From contig NC_134028.1 of assembly GCF_964204645.1 (NCBI RefSeq), forward strand, positions 22,006,345 to 22,070,344: a DNA stretch of 64,000 bases, given 5' to 3'. Positions 61,954-64,000 of this stretch are shown here, piece by piece (positions within the stretch are counted from its first letter, which is position 1; every line of letters begins with the position of its first letter). A program made the translations under genes and the position numbers. Origin of the DNA: Tubulanus polymorphus. Taxonomy: Eukaryota > Animalia > Nemertea. The notes beneath the pieces are model-generated. The model was given only the letters and a program-made list of their open reading frames with translations, made no database searches and was not told the origin of the DNA.

Positions 61954-63024
61954 AATGACTCACTAAATAGATAAACAGTATATGTAAACTATATTAATAT
62001 TCAGATAGTAGATAAGTAAGTTGTAATCGTAGACAAGCTTGTGCTCAGCCATGCATGACTTATTTTTGCATTTCAACATTTTATCCTCGAGCAAACAGCC
62101 ACGACTAACCGACCCCAAAAAAAAAAATTATTTCAATTGAACGATTACGATGAACACATTTTTGAGTATATCGCAAATGCCAAGTCACGTTAGTTATTTG
62201 TGACGACGTATGCCAAAACGAACTGGGAGCCTGATCGGGATATTCGTAGTAAAAAAATATATAAAACTATAAATAGGACATTGCGAAAGTTCATAGAGGT
62301 ATCATTTTGATTTTGAAATCTCGAAGATACGAATCGTTCTCAAAGCGTAGATTTCATAGGTCCGTGTATGTCCGCGATCATACGAGCATTTTAGGCCCGG
62401 GCCAAATTTGGCCTGGAAGAACCTATCACGCGGTTCATCGCGTCAATGGCACACAGGGTTGCAGTGTGCGTACGTACGTATATCTATCTCGCTCGGCAAT
62501 CATCGTGTGCGCCTTGAAAAAATAACGGATTTCGAAATGCGAATTAATACAGCGCTGTTAAAGACATATACAAACCATCTCAACGCGCGATATATTGAAA
62601 GCAATTATCGGTAACGTTATCTGAAGGGTTATTTTAACAAGAATTCATTGGTCTGATTCTAAGTTTATAGTACGAGAACTAACGGATAACGACGGGAAAT
62701 GGTTATTCGGAAAATGTCGTTGCCAGTGCCCTTCTGGAGATATACTCGAGCTGTCGCGTTTTATTTGACGCAATAATACGAACAAACAGCGACCGGGCAC
62801 TTAAGTTGATTAGGAAATCTGCTTTCGGCATCGAGAAATTCGTTTCCGCGCTGACCACATTTCGAAAAGACAACTCGAGAGCTGCGTTTACGTCGAGGAA
62901 TCGTTTCGAATCCTTAGTTATTGAATTGGCTATATGAAACGAGAAACTAAAGACCGGTCTGAAAGGCTAAGCCTCTCGATAGTGCAGTTGGAAAAACCAC
63001 TGCGCGCCACGCTGGGCATAATCA

Positions 63025-63243
63025 GCAGGTTCCCCCTGACCTACTGAGCACGACCCAGGAGTATTAGCAGTTTCCCCTTAACCCACCGAGCTCTACTCAG
63101 GAGCAGTATCAGCGAGTTCCCTTCAACCCTCCGAGCTCCACTTAGGAGCAGTATTACCAGGTTCCCCTCAACCCACCGAGCACGACTCAGGAGCAGTATT
63201 ACCGGGTTCCCCTCAACCCACCGAGCACGACTCAGGAGCAGTA
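63025..63243. repeat. About 44-bp minisatellite, about 5 copies
   Basis: ggttcccctcaacccaccgagcacgactcaggagcagtattacc. Confidence 0.9.
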
Positions 63244-64000
63244 TGGCCCTGTCAGTCGTGTGCTTTAACGGTACACCTATACATTAATGTAACTTGACTC
63301 GTATTGGAAAAACTCTTCATCCAACCAAAAAGCATTAAAAAAGTGCGACGAAGATTTCAAAACATTAAAAACCACACTTTACTATTTATGTCGAATGTGT
63401 CGGCTCACCGTTTGGGATAATAACGGTATAACTATCGATGGTTTCGTTTCGTAAGAGACTCGTCGTACGAGTTTTAGGTTTTTGCCTCTTTAAATAGAAA
63501 ACGTATAAACGAAGCGACGAGATCTCGCGTTCGGCGGATGTCGATGCGCACGCGCGCTCAGTCGACAGATACCGGGCGATCAATCATTGCCAAACATATG
63601 AACGTCAAAAGATACGGCGACGACAGGGCGGCGGGGGGTAGGAGGGAGGATATCTGTACTGATCTGTATTGTGTAATGACGCGTGTAAACGGGATGAGTC
63701 AATCGTTCACCCGTCGCGCTTCAATCAAAGTCGCGTCATCGGGTAATCGATCTATATCGACTCATCAGGCAGATTCACCCGCTCCCAGTTATATCGGCGC
63801 CACTTTTCGGCTAATTCATCGATTTAGAAGCGCGCGCGTTTGCAGTTTACGAAAAACCGATCGAGAGAACGACATTGCTCGAACATCGTTGATAAAACCG
63901 AGTAGTTCAGAATACGATTTACAAACGACTTCCTTAATCGGATTTTTCGAGTTTATGGGCGAGTCTTACAGTTGTTGTGATTTACGCAAATGAGAGAGTG

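Noticed and set aside
63538-63993. 151-aa ORF at the window end
   Set aside because: Non-ATG start and no recognisable domain; might be UTR or regulatory sequence.

Overview
Eukaryotic, invertebrate-like genomic DNA (AT-rich, GT-AG introns, no visible CpG depletion); not prokaryotic. Contents, left to right: (1) a head-to-tail array of four minus-strand family-B-like (adhesion/Methuselah-like) 7TM receptors with intronless coding regions and a somatomedin-B-like Cys-rich ectodomain (2-17.4 kb); (2) two tandem MPV17L-like genes on + (19.6-23.3 kb); (3) a 14-coding-exon TRPC channel on - (25.5-45.3 kb, about 1054 aa by manual splicing, 5' exon(s) not located); (4) an intronless rhodopsin-class orphan GPCR on + (52.8-53.7 kb). 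Non-coding DNA is rich in MITEs, SINE remnants and minisatellites. The most notable observations are: a hypervariable loop next to a conserved S-[LI]-T-x-L-F-D motif in the otherwise homogenised receptor array; about 10 minimal hammerhead-ribozyme-like motifs, mostly at the centre of inverted repeats (Penelope-like); and a three-copy foldback element whose inverted ends each look like a tRNA/Pol III promoter. All calls come from manual reading; no database searches were run.
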